A DNA stretch of 64,000 nt from Octopus bimaculoides. Its lineage: Eukaryota. The notes below the pieces were generated by a model that saw only the letters and a program-made list of their open reading frames with translations, searched no databases and was not told the origin of the DNA. Location of the stretch: assembly GCF_001194135.2 (NCBI RefSeq), contig NC_068981.1, positions 136,317,339 to 136,381,338 of the forward strand. The letters run 5' to 3'. Shown one piece after another: positions 13,457 to 26,810 of the stretch; within the stretch, counting starts at the first letter, position 1, and each line of letters begins with the position of its first letter. The translations under genes were made by a program, and so were the position numbers.

Positions 13457-13830
13457 AGTGTGTGTGTGTGTGTGNNNNNNNNNNNNNNNNNNNNNNNNNN
13501 NNNNNNNNNNNNNNNNNNNNNNNNNNNNNNNNNNNNNNNNNNNNNNNNNNNNNNNNNNNNNNNNNNNNNNNNNNNNNNNNNNNNNNNNNNNNNNNNNNNN
13601 NNNNNNNNNNNNNNNNNNNNNNNNNNNNNNNNNNNNNNNNNNNNNNNNNNNNNNNNNNNNNNNNNNNNNNNNNNNNNNNNNNNNNNNNNNNNNNNNNNNN
13701 NNNNNNNNNNNNNNNNNNNNNNNNNNNNNNNNNNNNNNNNNNNNNNNNNNNNNNNNNNNNNNNNNNNNNNNNNNNNNNNNNNNNNNNNNNNNNNNNNNNN
13801 NNNNNNNNNNNNNNNNNNNNNNNNNNNNNN

Positions 13831-13861
<31 letters not shown>

Positions 13862-13895
13862 CGCGCGTGCGTGCGTGTGCGTGTGCGTGTGTGTG
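13457..13895. repeat. (GT)n-gap-(GT)n(GC)n alternating purine-pyrimidine tract
   Basis: Direct reading; N-gap at 13475-13830. Confidence 0.85.
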
Positions 13896-13899
13896 TAAA

Positions 13900-14040
13900 A
13901 CCATTTAATGTCTGTTTTCCATGTTGGCATGAGTTGGACAGTTTGTTAGGGGCTGGGTAGGCAGAAAACTGCACCAAGTTTCACTTTCTGTTTTGGGAGG
14001 GTTTTAACTGCTGGATGCCTTTCTAACATCAACCACCTTA
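13900..14040 (-). mobile_element. Short RTE 3'-end fragment. Others at ~8870-8950, 24835-24930, 27840-27990, 40280-40460, 47690-47810, 57965-58105 and 61705-61820 (all -), and 41830-41920, 43140-43230 and 57425-57640 (+)
   Basis: Recurrent CATTTAA(C/T)GTC.GTTTTCCATGCTGGCATGGGTTGGA ... GCTGGATGCCCTTCCTAA, the reverse complement of the 3' end of the RTE at 49690-50565. Confidence 0.7.
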
Positions 14041-16651
14041 CTGAGTGCTTTTTTTAAGATTTGCCTTTTCATACTCACATGGATCAGGGAAAATTTGCTG
14101 GAGTGAGTTTTCTATGGCTGGATGCTCTTATCACCAACCCACACTCTTTACTTGTAAGGTTGAAAATAGATGTCACTGTTTGCATGACAGTGACATTCAC
14201 TTGCAGTTACCCACAATGTCAAGACTTTATTTTCAGGATCAGTTTAGTAGAAAGCTGGACTAAATACTTTGCTGTGTCTTGTCATTTTTGGCAGAATATG
14301 GCATGACAATATTGTCACTAATTCCTTGTGGTTTTGATAAAATGATGCCGCTATCCATTCTGTTCTGCAACAGGGTTTTTCTGCTTTGTTGTAAGGAATC
14401 CTTATTACAAGGGGCCTTGCTTACTTGCTGAAAGGAAGCTGGAACTAAAAGTGGGTCAGTGACATTCACCAATTGAAAACTTTTAATTATTTTGCTTGTT
14501 AATTCCCCACCTCATTTTCTACACATCAAGTTGTGTGATAATATAAAGAAAAAAGACTTTGAGGAGGTAAATTTTTGAGACATACTTATGAACAATGTTT
14601 TGCAAGAAGTCTTTTTTTTTCATTTGATTTTATCTTTATTTGTACATATCTGGCTGTTATTTCCTTTGCAAGCAACTTGAATAATTGTTTTATCAAATAG
14701 TCAGATGACTGAAATGATATTTGAAGTACCAAATGGGAATTTCTAGTTTGAAATTAAGGCTTGTCTTATTTTAAAGACTTATACAACAATATATTGTTGT
14801 TGTTGCTATTAGCTGTATCAATATTGGGTTTGGACTAGTATCAAATATGGAGGAAAAAGTGTGTGAAATATATGATGTAATATATCAAAGTGCTGGCTTG
14901 TTTTTAATGATTTTTTTTTTGTTTGTTAGTAAGCTAAATATCAATAATATAGCAAATATGGTTCAATCAACTGCAGTCTATTCAATTTTTGTATATTATT
15001 GATGTTATTTTACTCTACTTGAAAGGAGAAAATGGGTTTGATCTTGGTTGTATTTGAAATTGAGATAATGAAACTATCACATTACTTATTCTAATCAACC
15101 AGGATGGCTCACTAAATTATGTCCATTTTAACTCTACTTCCAGTATTAGTTGCAATTTTTATGCTTAACACTATGCCATCCACTGCCAACAATGAGTGAT
15201 CCTCTATGCAGTCATAAATATGAAGCAGTGGAATGGTAGAATTGTTATGGCACCAGACTAAATAAATTGCTTTGATTTCAAATTCTACCAGTCAGCTTTA
15301 CCTTTCGTCTTTCTAGAGTTGATAAAAGCACTGAGATTGATTTAACTAACCTGCCCGTTCTCACTCATTTCTGATTTATATTGTACCCAATGCTGGATTA
15401 ACCATTTAGCAAAATAAGCACTTGCTTAGAGCATCAGGGGAAAAAAAGCCACAACAGAAATGGTAAATGGTTTACAGCACAAAAGAAATCACTTCAAACT
15501 TGCTAAAATATTTGAAGGGTTTTATATGATTAGAAATATAATTTCGAAGTCTTATGGTGTCAGAATGAGTATCTGATAAGACTTTGCAATTGAAAAAAGT
15601 AGAAAACTCTTCAAAAAAAAAAAAAACATTTTTTCCATCTTACTGAAAGTTTTGTTTCATTTTGAAAAATATTTTATGGCTTATTATTGTTGTTTATAGT
15701 TTAACTTGTATATGTGTGTGTGTGGGGGGGGGGCACCAAAATCTTTTAGATGCTTAGGGCCTCTTTGGGTCTTTATCTGGCCCCAATTGTACCAATGTAA
15801 AAATCATTAATCTAAAACAAAAAGTTTTCAATTGAAAAAAAAAAAAAAATTGTACTCTTCAATGCATTTTATTTGGTTTAAAAGTTTGGATAACAGCTGA
15901 AAAGCCTTGTGTTAAGGTTCAGTCAGTTAGGGCTGGCCTGAGCCTAAACAATAAGCACACATAATTAGATTCTTATTCAGTTGTGTAAGGAGTGGTAATT
16001 AGATTGGGGTTTATTTTCATTTTCCTGTTATTTTTACTCTCCTGTAAACAAATTACAGGTGATACAAGAAGTAAAAATGCAATTAACTCTAGTTGATACT
16101 GCAAAGCAATTTTGTCTGGTATATTATTAAACAAACCATCTTCCTCTTAATTATCCTATAAAATCAATTGATATCGGTTATAGTTTAACTCATCAGTGTA
16201 AATTATCTTTGAAAGGAAGTTCCTCTCTCAATTGTTACCACCTCATTCAGCTGGTGGCTGGAATTTAACTTGTCTCAGACAAATTAGTTTCATATGTGAG
16301 ACTGAATTAATCTAATGGCTGAGCAAGTTTGCTTTCTGATTTATTCATCTTTGTTTCATAAAACCTATCGTGTTTGATTTGTCAAAATTATTCTGTAGGA
16401 TTTTACTTGACATTTTAATGCTTTAAAAACACCTCTGCCATTAAGCGCTTATGAAAATGTAGGTGAATTTCCAAATCTATTGTCATTACTTTTGTCATCT
16501 TTTTCTCAGATTTTACTGTTGTCTAATACACACAACAGCTTCATTTTACTTTAGTTTTTCATTCTCCATATTTCTGTAGATTCTCCAAAGTAGCAATATT
16601 AGAAATCTGTTCAAACACTTTCATTTAATTTTTGACAACCTCTGTAAAAGT

Positions 16652-16683
<32 letters not shown>

Positions 16684-17089
16684 CATACACACATATTCAT
16701 TCACGTTTTCATTGTGTAGTACAGCTATTCCATTCCTTTTAACAGGTTTGACATTTTCTTTTAGTTATGTATTCTAAGTATGTTATACTAGTATTACAAA
16801 AGCAGTAGTCGCATTAATTTAAAGTGAAGTTTGTGAGTTTGGCTAAATTCGTATGCTGTGGATAGAAGAAGAATTTGATGTTTCAACATTGTCCATTTAA
16901 GAGGGAGAGATTTCTCTGAAAGGACAGCTTTGAAATGTCAGATTTCTTTTCTCTTCGTAGCATATAGACTTATTGAAACACTTGAACTTCAGTGTAGAAT
17001 TTTTGCCAACATAGACTACCACTATTTTCTTCAAACTCTTTTAACTTTTCGTATAATTTACACGATGTTTGAGATAACTCGTGTGTTAA

Positions 17090-17360
17090 GTTTACCACAT
17101 TGGACAAATGTTTTCTGGTTACATCCATGGACCAACCACTGCCTTGTGAGTGATCTTGGTAAATGGAGACTGGAAGGAAGCCCATTGTGTTTCTGTGTGC
17201 ATCTGTTTGTTTTCCTTGCCACCACCACTTCACAACTGGTGTTATGTCTTCAGAAGCCAGCTGTTCAGCAAATGATACCAATAGAATAACAATCAAACTT
17301 AAAAATAAGAACTGGTGTCAATCTGTTTGAAGCCTTTCAGTGGCTGCAGTTCAGTGACTA
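17090..17360 (+). mobile_element. Degenerate SINE family A
   Basis: GCCTTGTGAGTG, GGAAGCCCATTG, CACTTCACAACTGGTGTT and ATAGAATAA motifs. Confidence 0.6.
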
Positions 17361-18561
17361 AAATATATCTAGAGGATATATGAAATACTTCTAGACATTT
17401 CAATTTTTGAACATCACATATTTCAATAAACCATTAACACAAAAAGTGAAATCTCTTCTGCATTTGGTTTTCAGGTGTGATTGTAAAACTAGAATTTCAT
17501 ATATTTATTTACATTTTTGGTAAATAAAATGACATTAAGGGTTTTTTTTTTCCTCTGGTGGTTTTATGTCTTAATACATAGATAAGTAAAGATTTGTTGG
17601 AAATTTAGTACTGTTTTAAAAAAATGATATAGGAAGGTAATGGAAGGCAGAAGTAATATCCAGCTCCTATAAATGAAATAAACTTTATCTTTTGTGTGTT
17701 ATTTGTTGTCCATTATTGATTTTGGTTTCTTAAATTTTACACCTGTTCTTACTGGTTACCTGTTTCATTTTTTAATCTCTTAACCAGTTTATCTATTCTT
17801 TCCAGTTCTCTATGTAATCCATTGGGAAAAAACGAACAAGTACATACTCCAGTCATTAAGAAAATTATATCCAGATAAAATATTTTCTATTTTTAGGCTT
17901 AGAATTGCATCTCATCTAATCAACTCAGAAGAGATGGCCACTGTTAGGGAAATGTAATACTTCTAATCTGTTTTTATAGATTTCAATACACTACTCATTT
18001 TTTTAATGTTTTCTGTTAGCATTTCAGTTAGGTTAGTCAATATCTTTACAAGCTTATTCTTTCTCCGCTTGACTCCAGATAATAACGGCACTATAAATCT
18101 TTCTGTAGTAGGTATTGTTGTCTTCATATTGATAAGGTTATGGCTGCCATTCCATTGCAGTAGTTCTCCTGTAAATATCTTGTATAGAATTCTGCTTCTT
18201 TATGGTAAATTGTTTTCTATCTCTTGTATATTGATAGAAATTTTACATTTTGTTTACTTTCAATGTCTGCCTCTCTTGGTCATTGACATTTTACTGTGGA
18301 AACTTAACTAGGAGATAAATTATCTCCTTGCTATAGGGGTTTATTTCAAATTTACTGATCGGTCAACAACCATGCTATTACTCTTGGGTACTTCACAGGG
18401 ATTCTGGTTATTAGTTGATTTATGCATGAAGTAGTTAGTTACCAACAGGAAATTGCTATTAGGAAACAAATCTTTGTTGCCAGTATTTCCATCTCTATAG
18501 CTGTTATTCGGCTGCATGTCATCTAGTTTCTAGTTTTCTTTTTGTCATATACTAAGCACTT

Positions 18562-18912
18562 GCATAACTGTGTAGTTAATAATCTTGCTTTGCAACCATG
18601 TGATTTCAGGTTCAGTTCCATTGTATGGTACTTTGTGCAAGTGTGTACTATAATTCTAGGCTGACCAATGCCATGAGTAAATTTGGTAAACAGAAACTGT
18701 ATGGAAGTCTGTATGTGTGAATGCTTTTGTATTGTCCCTCCACACCACTTGACAACTGGTGTTGGTTTGTTTACATCTCTGTAACTTAGTGATTCAGCAG
18801 ACACGATTGATAGAATACATAAAAACTGCATACTGGTGCCGATTTGTTCAACTGAACTCTTCAAGGCAGTACCCCAGCATCATCACAGTCCAATGGTTGA
18901 AACTGCTAAAAG
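18562..18912 (+). mobile_element. Full-length SINE family A
   Basis: Head GCAACCATGTGATTTCAGGTTCAGTTCC; body CTTGACAACTGGTGTTGGTTTGTTTAC; tail CCCAGCAT..CACAGTCCAATGGTTGAAAC. Confidence 0.75.
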
Positions 18913-19144
18913 CTATACATAAAGCTACTAAATTAAACAGGATGTTGGTCATCAGCTGAAACCTAAGCCCCTTGATATTTCAGTATGTGAAGTATCTTAA
19001 TTCTTTAGAGTCTGTCTATTTAACTACAAGATGATGAAAACATTATCATTCCTGATATCACTGATATCAAGTTAATTGCCTAACTCGCTCACTTTTCTAT
19101 GATCCCTTGGCCTTTTTCTATTCTTACTTCCTTATTTGGGCTCT

Positions 19145-19575
19145 AAAATTGCTGTGTAGTTCAGTTTGCTTCCCAACTATGGTTTTGGTTTCAGTCCTAC
19201 TGCACAACACCTGCGACATGGTTTCTTCTAGAAACTCAAGCTGACCATTATCTTGCAAATAAATTTTGGAGAGAAATTGTAGGAAGCCTATTGAGTATGT
19301 GTGTATGTATGTGTTTGTATGTATGAATACTGAACTCCTATGACTTTGCTTCATATCACCAGAGTGAAATAGTGATATGTTTACATACCTTGTTGCAATG
19401 ACCAGTTGCATTGCACTTTCAAAGACCTGTGGAATAAATCCTTTACTTGAAAAACAGGTGAGTGAGTGAGTGACAAAAGCATTCAGCCATAAAAATCCTC
19501 CCTCAAATAAATCCCGACACAAACCATGCAACCATAAAAAAAAAAAACTAAAAAAAAACGTGGATGTTGAATGAA
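19145..19575 (+). mobile_element. SINE, family-A head with RTE-like tail
   Basis: GCTTCCCAACTATGG head; TACTTGAAAAACAGGTGAG...GTGGATGTTGAATGA tail. Confidence 0.6.
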
Positions 19576-21582
19576 TGAATATTGCAATATGTGCCAAAAT
19601 CAGGTCTTGGAATGTTATCACACACCATTCCATGATGCTGCTGGCTTGATTGGCATTGTCATTTTATCCAAATTACTCTTTCAACAAGGTTAATTAATGT
19701 GCCAGGCAACTAGCCATACAGGGTTATGATTTTAAGAATCTAGACAAATTACTGTTTGTCTTTCTCTACTTCGTTGGAAATAGACGATTTGCTCATTTCA
19801 TGATTGAGTGCTTGCTTTAACAATTTGGATGCAAATAGCTAAATTAGCAGAATCCATCTCGTTTATGTTCTCAATGGATGAAAAAGTAGGTTTTTCTCCA
19901 CCTCCTCTGTTTCCCCATGTTTGATTTGATATATTTGTCAATCAATGCACACAAGCTTCTTAGATGCATTATTGTTCTATTCTGTGTTGTAGAAATAAAT
20001 TTTCATGATGTTTGTCTATTATAACTTGTGCATTGTTACTTCTGTACACCACTGTTTAGGTATATGGACATCTTTGTGTCTATTACGAAGCTGATATGGA
20101 AAGAGTGAGCAAATGCTGCTGCTGAGATAGATAGCAATAATTATGGTGTGGTGTTTAAAAAAAATGCATATACCTACCTTTTATATTGAGCATTAGCAGG
20201 AGATAAAAGAATGGCTGGGGGGAGAGGAGGGTATCTGCACATTCTCTGTTTTTCATTTCTGTAATCTATTACAATGGGAATTCTCTGTTTGTATCCAATT
20301 TTCCTTTCTTTCTATCTGGTCTTTCTTCACTTCAATCTCTTAGCTTTAAAGAAGTGGACAAAAGCAAGTTTTCAAATAAATTTATTATTTAGATAATAAT
20401 AACAATAATAATACACTTCAGTTTTAATTAACTAATCAATATTTTTAATTTCATATCATTTCCTGACTGGATTTTTAAAGATTTCCATGCTTAAACATTG
20501 AATGATCATGACAAGCTGTTCGAGGATATTAACTTCATTATCATTCCTTATGTAAGCTGCAGTCAGATTAAGGTGTTGTCAATGCTGGGAGGAGCTTACA
20601 GTAATAGCTTCTTGTTGATATTTTTTTCTCTTCTGTTTCTGGTTACATCAGAACAAAACAAAACACAAGAAAGAAAAAAATTAGTCTGAAGAAGCCATTA
20701 TTAGTTCACTCCCCTATAATGTGTAACTATCTGATCTCTTTCTATTACATGAACATTACTTGAAGCACTGCCTACAATTTAAATGAACAAGCCCCTTGAG
20801 ATGAGAAATTGCTTCAATCTTCTAAAATTGAAAAAACAAAAACAAAAAAATGTGTAAATGAAAATTTTAATTTTTCAAGAACATTGCAAGGTGTTACCCA
20901 GAATTCATAGTTCTAAATTTCAACAAATAAGAACAAGTCTCTAATCACTGTTTTGCCATCTCTCTCTCCTGTAGAGCCATCATTTCTTTAGCCACTACCT
21001 TCCAAACTACTTCACATCTTCTCCATGGACTCACTGTCACATCCCATTGATTGCTTAAATAAAAGTTGAATTATAATTAATCCAGTTAGAACTAAGAACC
21101 TATAAAAAGGCTATGACTATTCTCTCCCATTTATTTTAAAGATTTTCTTAAAAAGCTCTTGAATTTGAAGAATTAATATAGAGAAACAATAGGGTTTACA
21201 AGAAACTATTAGAAAGCCAGTTTACCATTTTTGTTCAACATTTTTGTAAATACTTGATAATTTTCTGTTTGCTTGAGGTCAGCTTTGATTGACCAAAGAC
21301 TTTCTGGCTGTGACCATCCATCATTTTTTGAAGTGGTAGGGCGTAATTTGAGGGCTGTTTTGCTTCTAATTTTATCAAATCAATTCAACACAAATTTTGT
21401 TTGTGACCTTTTTAAACTTGTCATTCATTATCATCTATCATTTTTAATTAATCTTTGGTAACAAAAAAAGAAAAATAAGTATAGATTCTATTACAACCTC
21501 CATCTCTTCCGTAGTTATGCTTTTGTTTACTTTCCCTCTACCTCACCTGTGTTCCTTAGCATTACAGGTGTATGGACTGTTA

Positions 21583-21948
21583 TTCTTTTACTTGTTTCAG
21601 TCATTTGACTGTGGCTATGCTGAAGCACTGTCTTAAGTCAACCAAATCGACCCCAGGACTTATTGTTTGTAAGCCTAGTACTTATTCTATTGGTCTCTTT
21701 TTCTGAACCTCTAAGTTATGGGGATATAGACACACCAACATTAGTTGTCAAGCGATGGTGGGGGGATACGCACAAATATATACATAAATATATGTATACA
21801 CACATGACAGGCTTCTTTCAGTTTCCATCTATCAAATCCACTTAAGGCTATAGTAGAAGACACTTTCCCAATGTGCCATGCAGAGGGACTGAACCCAGAA
21901 CCATGTGGTTGGGATGCAAGCTTCTTACCACACAGCTACTCCTGCACC
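21583..21948 (-). mobile_element. Full-length SINE family A (well preserved)
   Basis: Reverse complement of head GGTGCAGGAGTAGCTGTGTGGTAAGAAGCTTGCATCCCAACCACATGGTTCTGGGTTCAGTCCC and of tail GTCAAATGACTGAAACAAGTAAAAGAA. Confidence 0.85.
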
Positions 21949-22057
21949 AATTATGTGCATTGGTATTTTTTTTTTTTTCTATCAAAATAAAAGGAGAAAT
22001 ATTCTCTGTGCAAATCACCTGAAGGTATTTGCACATTGAATCAGATTTCTTTGGTTT

Positions 22058-22484
22058 ATCTTTTACTCATTTCAGTCATTCAACTGTGGCCATGTTAGAG
22101 CACTGCTTTGAAGGGTTTTAGTCAATATAAGTGCTCTCCACTATATATATATATATATATATTTATTTATTTAAGCTTGGCATTTATTTTACTAGGCCCT
22201 TTTGTTGAACTGCCAAGTTCAGGAGATGAAACGAACCAACACCAGTTGTCACACACTGATGGAGGAACAAACATACACATCTATGTATATATATATATAT
22301 ATGCGTGCGCGCACACACACACGGTGGACTTCCACACAAATTCCATTTACCAAATCCACTCACAAGACTTTGGTCAGGACAAGGTTATGGTAGACATTAG
22401 CCCAAGGTGTCATGCAGTGGTGCTGAACCTGAAACCATGTGGGTTGCAAAGTGAGTTTCTCAACCATGCAGACATACCTGCACC
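22058..22484 (-). mobile_element. Full-length SINE family A
   Basis: Same head, body and tail motifs as 21583-21948, with a (TA)n insertion. Confidence 0.75.
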
Positions 22485-22503
22485 TATAAAATTTACACAG
22501 ACC

Positions 22504-22575
22504 TGTTTTAACCAGGATTAGAACCTGTGTTACCCTGGCCACAGTATGGGATCCTAACCACTGGATGATTATATC
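22504..22575 (-). pseudogene. tRNA-His(GUG) pseudogene
   Basis: Minus strand reads GATATAATCATCCAGTGGTTAGGATCCCATACTGTGGCCAGGGTAACACAGGTTCTAATCCTGGTTAAAACA. It is colinear over 72 nt, without indels, with an invertebrate tRNA-His as I recall it (~75% identity). The GTG anticodon is kept, but the acceptor and anticodon stems are broken and the B box is mutated (GGTTCTAATCC). Confidence 0.75.
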
Positions 22576-22595
22576 CTCCAGGTTTTTTGTTCTTT

Positions 22596-22634
<39 letters not shown>

Positions 22635-24120
22635 TATAAAACAATTCCATCCCTTCAGAATAGTTGCAGAAAGCAAATGTATTTATGTGTACATACAGCA
22701 ATCCTTATTTCAGAGTTGTTAATTCACATCCCAATAACTGCCACCTGGTTATACTCTTCTGCCGAACAATTTACTACAGTTACAAGCTATCTTCATATAA
22801 CAACTATATTTCGTCACATAAGGTGCACATTTTTTTCCCCTTCAAAAAAAAATCACGCTGCTGGTTTCTAAATGTGAAATTGGGCATAAGCTTCAATGCA
22901 TTAAAACCTTTTCTTGAAAATGTGCTGTTGAAATTGGGGGACATCTAATATGCCTATACATCAAATAAAGATGATAAAGTTATCCAGCAGCAACACAAAT
23001 TTTTGCTTTGCAAATATCAGCCAGTCTGTTTTATCAGGAATATAAAATATTAATTTCTCTTTCAGATCTACTTTAGATCTCTATTTCATTATTTGATTAT
23101 TATTATCTATTTCTTTTTTTTTTTTTTTTTTTTTTTCCCCATAGCTGCTCAATGATGACACTTTCTAATATAGCTGAATGGGAAGGGTTATTATTAGATT
23201 TTGCATATGATCACTTAATATATGAAAGCTTAATAGATGATATAAATTGATCTGTTAGATATCATTTCCAGAAATGGCGTAGTCGTAATGAGCTACTCCT
23301 ATATTTCTTAAAAGTATTTGGCTACTTTCCACTGTCATCGTCATAGTAGTTGTTCAGCTTCAGATCTGCTTGGATCAAAAGTGTTTCATCCCTAACATGT
23401 TTTTTTGGATTATATTATCTAATGTCTTTCTTACTTTTTTTTTTTTGTTTTTAAAGATGGTACTGTGTTATATAAGGGAGATTTGGCTGATCTCTCATAA
23501 GTTGATTCTCTGGACAGAATCTTTTGTCTTGTAGGCCAACTGTTATGATTAATATACTTCCAATTGCTTAGACTTCTTGTTTATAGGTGATGAGGCCCCT
23601 ATATTAGAATTTTATTGGGACGTTTCCATTGACTATGGAAAAAAATTCGCTTTTGTTAGTTTCTATATGTAGGCTGCCGGAAGATCCCATTTTTTTTATA
23701 TTAAACTATACATGCATATATATATATACATACATATATATATATATATGTATATAATTATATATGCTTTATATATAAACACACATAATACACATAAAGA
23801 TACATTCTATTTCAATAATTACTCTTAGAATATCCAGTATGCATGTGATTATACACACCTGCATGCATGCACACACGACTGCATACACACACTACCACAT
23901 GCAAAACCACGCACACACATATTTGTTATTAGTTTCTGAAATATTAGATCTCAAACCTTTTGGAATGATTTAGATTGAATTTAAGAATAGTAAATCTTGC
24001 AATTGGCTGTTTTTATTTTTCTTGTATTATTTCAATCCTACAATCAATGAGAATATAAATTAATTTCTATCAGTAAAATACATGAAGACAAATTGTCATT
24101 CTGTAACTCTTACTCCCACC

Positions 24121-24268
<148 letters not shown>

Positions 24269-26457
24269 TCATGCAATAAGAGGACATGAAAAATGTGTAA
24301 AGAAATATCAAATTCCTTTCTTCCATTCTTTAATGTTCTGATATTTTTGGTATTTCAATTATATTTAAGATGCTAAGTTTTATGTAATTGATTTTCTTTT
24401 ATTGCTAGCTAATATATTTTGTTTACTATAAATGAATTATTATTTTTTTTTTTTGCTCTGTCGCCCTCGCAGTTTCAAGTGAAATAAAAAGATATGAAAA
24501 TAGGTGTAAGGGTAGTTTCATGTTGATCAATGCCGTATGAGTTAAATTTGCAAATGGAAATTCTTAGTTTTTTCTGTGTAAAATCTCTTGAGATAAAACA
24601 GCTCATAACACACAATACCTTGTGGTTTTTTTATTATGGAAGTTACATCTTTTTTTATAAAAGAAGAGGATTTAGTCCTTCAGTTGATTTAATAAGTACA
24701 AGACTCCCATTTGTTCCTCATTTCAAGTGACATCAGAGGATATGAAAAATGTGAGATTAATTCTCATTTAAATTGATAGTTAACCTTGTAAGTTAAATTT
24801 GATAGATGGAAAATGTAAAAGCTTTTTGAGTGTTTATCATTATTTAACATCCATTTTCCATGCTGGCATGGGTTGTATGGTTTGACAAGAGATGGCAAAT
24901 CGTAGGACTGTAACAATCTCTATTGTCTGTGTGTATGAACTCTCTTGCAAGGTTAATCAGTATAGCATCCACATAAATACCTTGCATTTATTTGATGTTA
25001 GTTATATCCTTCTAAACAAAGAAGACTTAGAAATGTAATACAAATGGATAAAGTAAGTGCCAGACAAGAGTAGTTTATATAATTGACTAAAATACCTGAG
25101 TGTGGTATTCCAGTATGATCACAGGCCAGAGACTGAAACCAGTCAATGAATTTTCAGAGAACCTATCCCTTTGTTTTTATATTTTGAAATGTTGCAATAT
25201 TTTGGTTACTCAAAATATTTTTTGATGCTGATTTTCTGAATAGCTTATTTCTTTTACTGTTATTTGATGTTAACTATTAAGGAATCATTTCATTCTCTTT
25301 CACTTGATATATTGGGAAATTTTTTTTAAATTGGAAAAAGCCAACAAACTAATTTTTTCACTTTTTGTGTTCCAGACTGGAATTTGTTTCTCAGGTTAGG
25401 AATATAGAATTTTGATTCTCAAGACCAAATTGCATTCTTGTGAAGATGAAATTTTAATTTACACTGAAGACTTTTTCAGTTGATATATTGTGCAAAATTT
25501 TCTCAGTCTTTCTTTTATCTCTCTCATTCTGTCTCTTTCGTTAATCTGAGTTTATCATTTACTCTCTGCCATAAAGTTACCAATGAAATTTAAATAGCAG
25601 GAAACTCTTGCCTTAGGCACTGTGCAGTGGGACTGAACTCAAAACAGTGTTGCAAACTTTTTAACCACACAGCCATGCCTGCACCTGTTTGTTATTCATA
25701 ATTCACTTATAATTCATTTTGGGTGTATAACTGAGAATTTAAGTGTAGAACTCTTAAATATCCCCCTTCATCACTCTCATTGCAAATCTCGTAAATCTTA
25801 CAGCATAATTTACAACATTACCAATCTACCTATCAATCCCCTTCATAAGACTGTATAATAATTGGGTTTATAATAAATGCTTGCCTTGCTGTTGGTTCTG
25901 AAGCACATTAATCAGGTTATTTGATATATTGCTAATTATATATGTATATACTCACACGCATGCAGGCACAGGCATTCATGCACACATCTATGCATGCACA
26001 TCTGCATTCATATATTCACATATGCATGCACGCACACTATTTAATTCTGAAATTCCCTTCAAGATCTCATAAAGTTGCTATTAAAAATCTGCTCAGCTGA
26101 TGAATTTTGACAGGTTATATAATATTGTGTGTATGTGTGCATATATAATTTTAAACTTGTAATTATCAGTAGAGAAATATCAATTATGATTTCTGCTGCA
26201 GAAAGTATGAAATATTATAATTTAAAATTGCAGGCTACATCATGATGTGTGCATATCCCTCTTTTTACTGTATAGCTCTCATCTTGTTTATATTGTCTGT
26301 GCTTGTAAGAGCAGCTAGTAGTGGTGGTAGTAATGTATATAATGTTGACCAATGACCTGATATTGGATCTGGAACAGCTGACCCTTTCATGTAGGGCCAT
26401 TACTTTGATGAAGCAATAGTGATATGTTATGCAGTATTATAGAACATGTAGGTTATT

Positions 26458-26810
26458 CTCTTACTTGTTGCAGTCATTAGATTGCAGCCATGTTGGAGCA
26501 GTGCCCTTAAAGGGCTAGCTGAACAAACTAACACCAGAACTGTTTTTTTAAGTCTGGTGCTTGTTCTGTAGATTCCTTTTGCCAAACTGCTAAATTATGA
26601 CTAAGTAAACAAACCAACACCAATTGCCAAGCAGTGCTGGAGACACACTGTTCCAGGCTCAGCTCTACTGTGTACCACTTTGGGCAAGTGACATCTGATA
26701 TAACCCTGAGCAGCCCAAAGCCTTGTGAGCAGACTTAGTAGCCGGAAACTGAAAGAAGCTTGGGGGGGGTGTGTGTGTGTGTGGGAGTGGGTGCGCGCGC
26801 GCGCTATATA
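26458..26810. mobile_element. SINE family A with internal inversion (3' half on -, 5' half on +)
   Basis: 26458-26648 is the reverse-complement 3' half; 26650-26810 is the forward 5' half ending in the central (GT)n. Confidence 0.6.

Noticed and set aside
15725-15784. Possible hAT MITE end (TAGGGCCTC…TATCTGGCCCC)
   Set aside because: No partner TIR or TSD found.
17897-17953. Exon-like segment (ttttAG…AT|GTAATA) with a good-context ATG
   Set aside because: It has a stop (TAA) in the phase-1 frame required within intron 1. No support as an alternative start.
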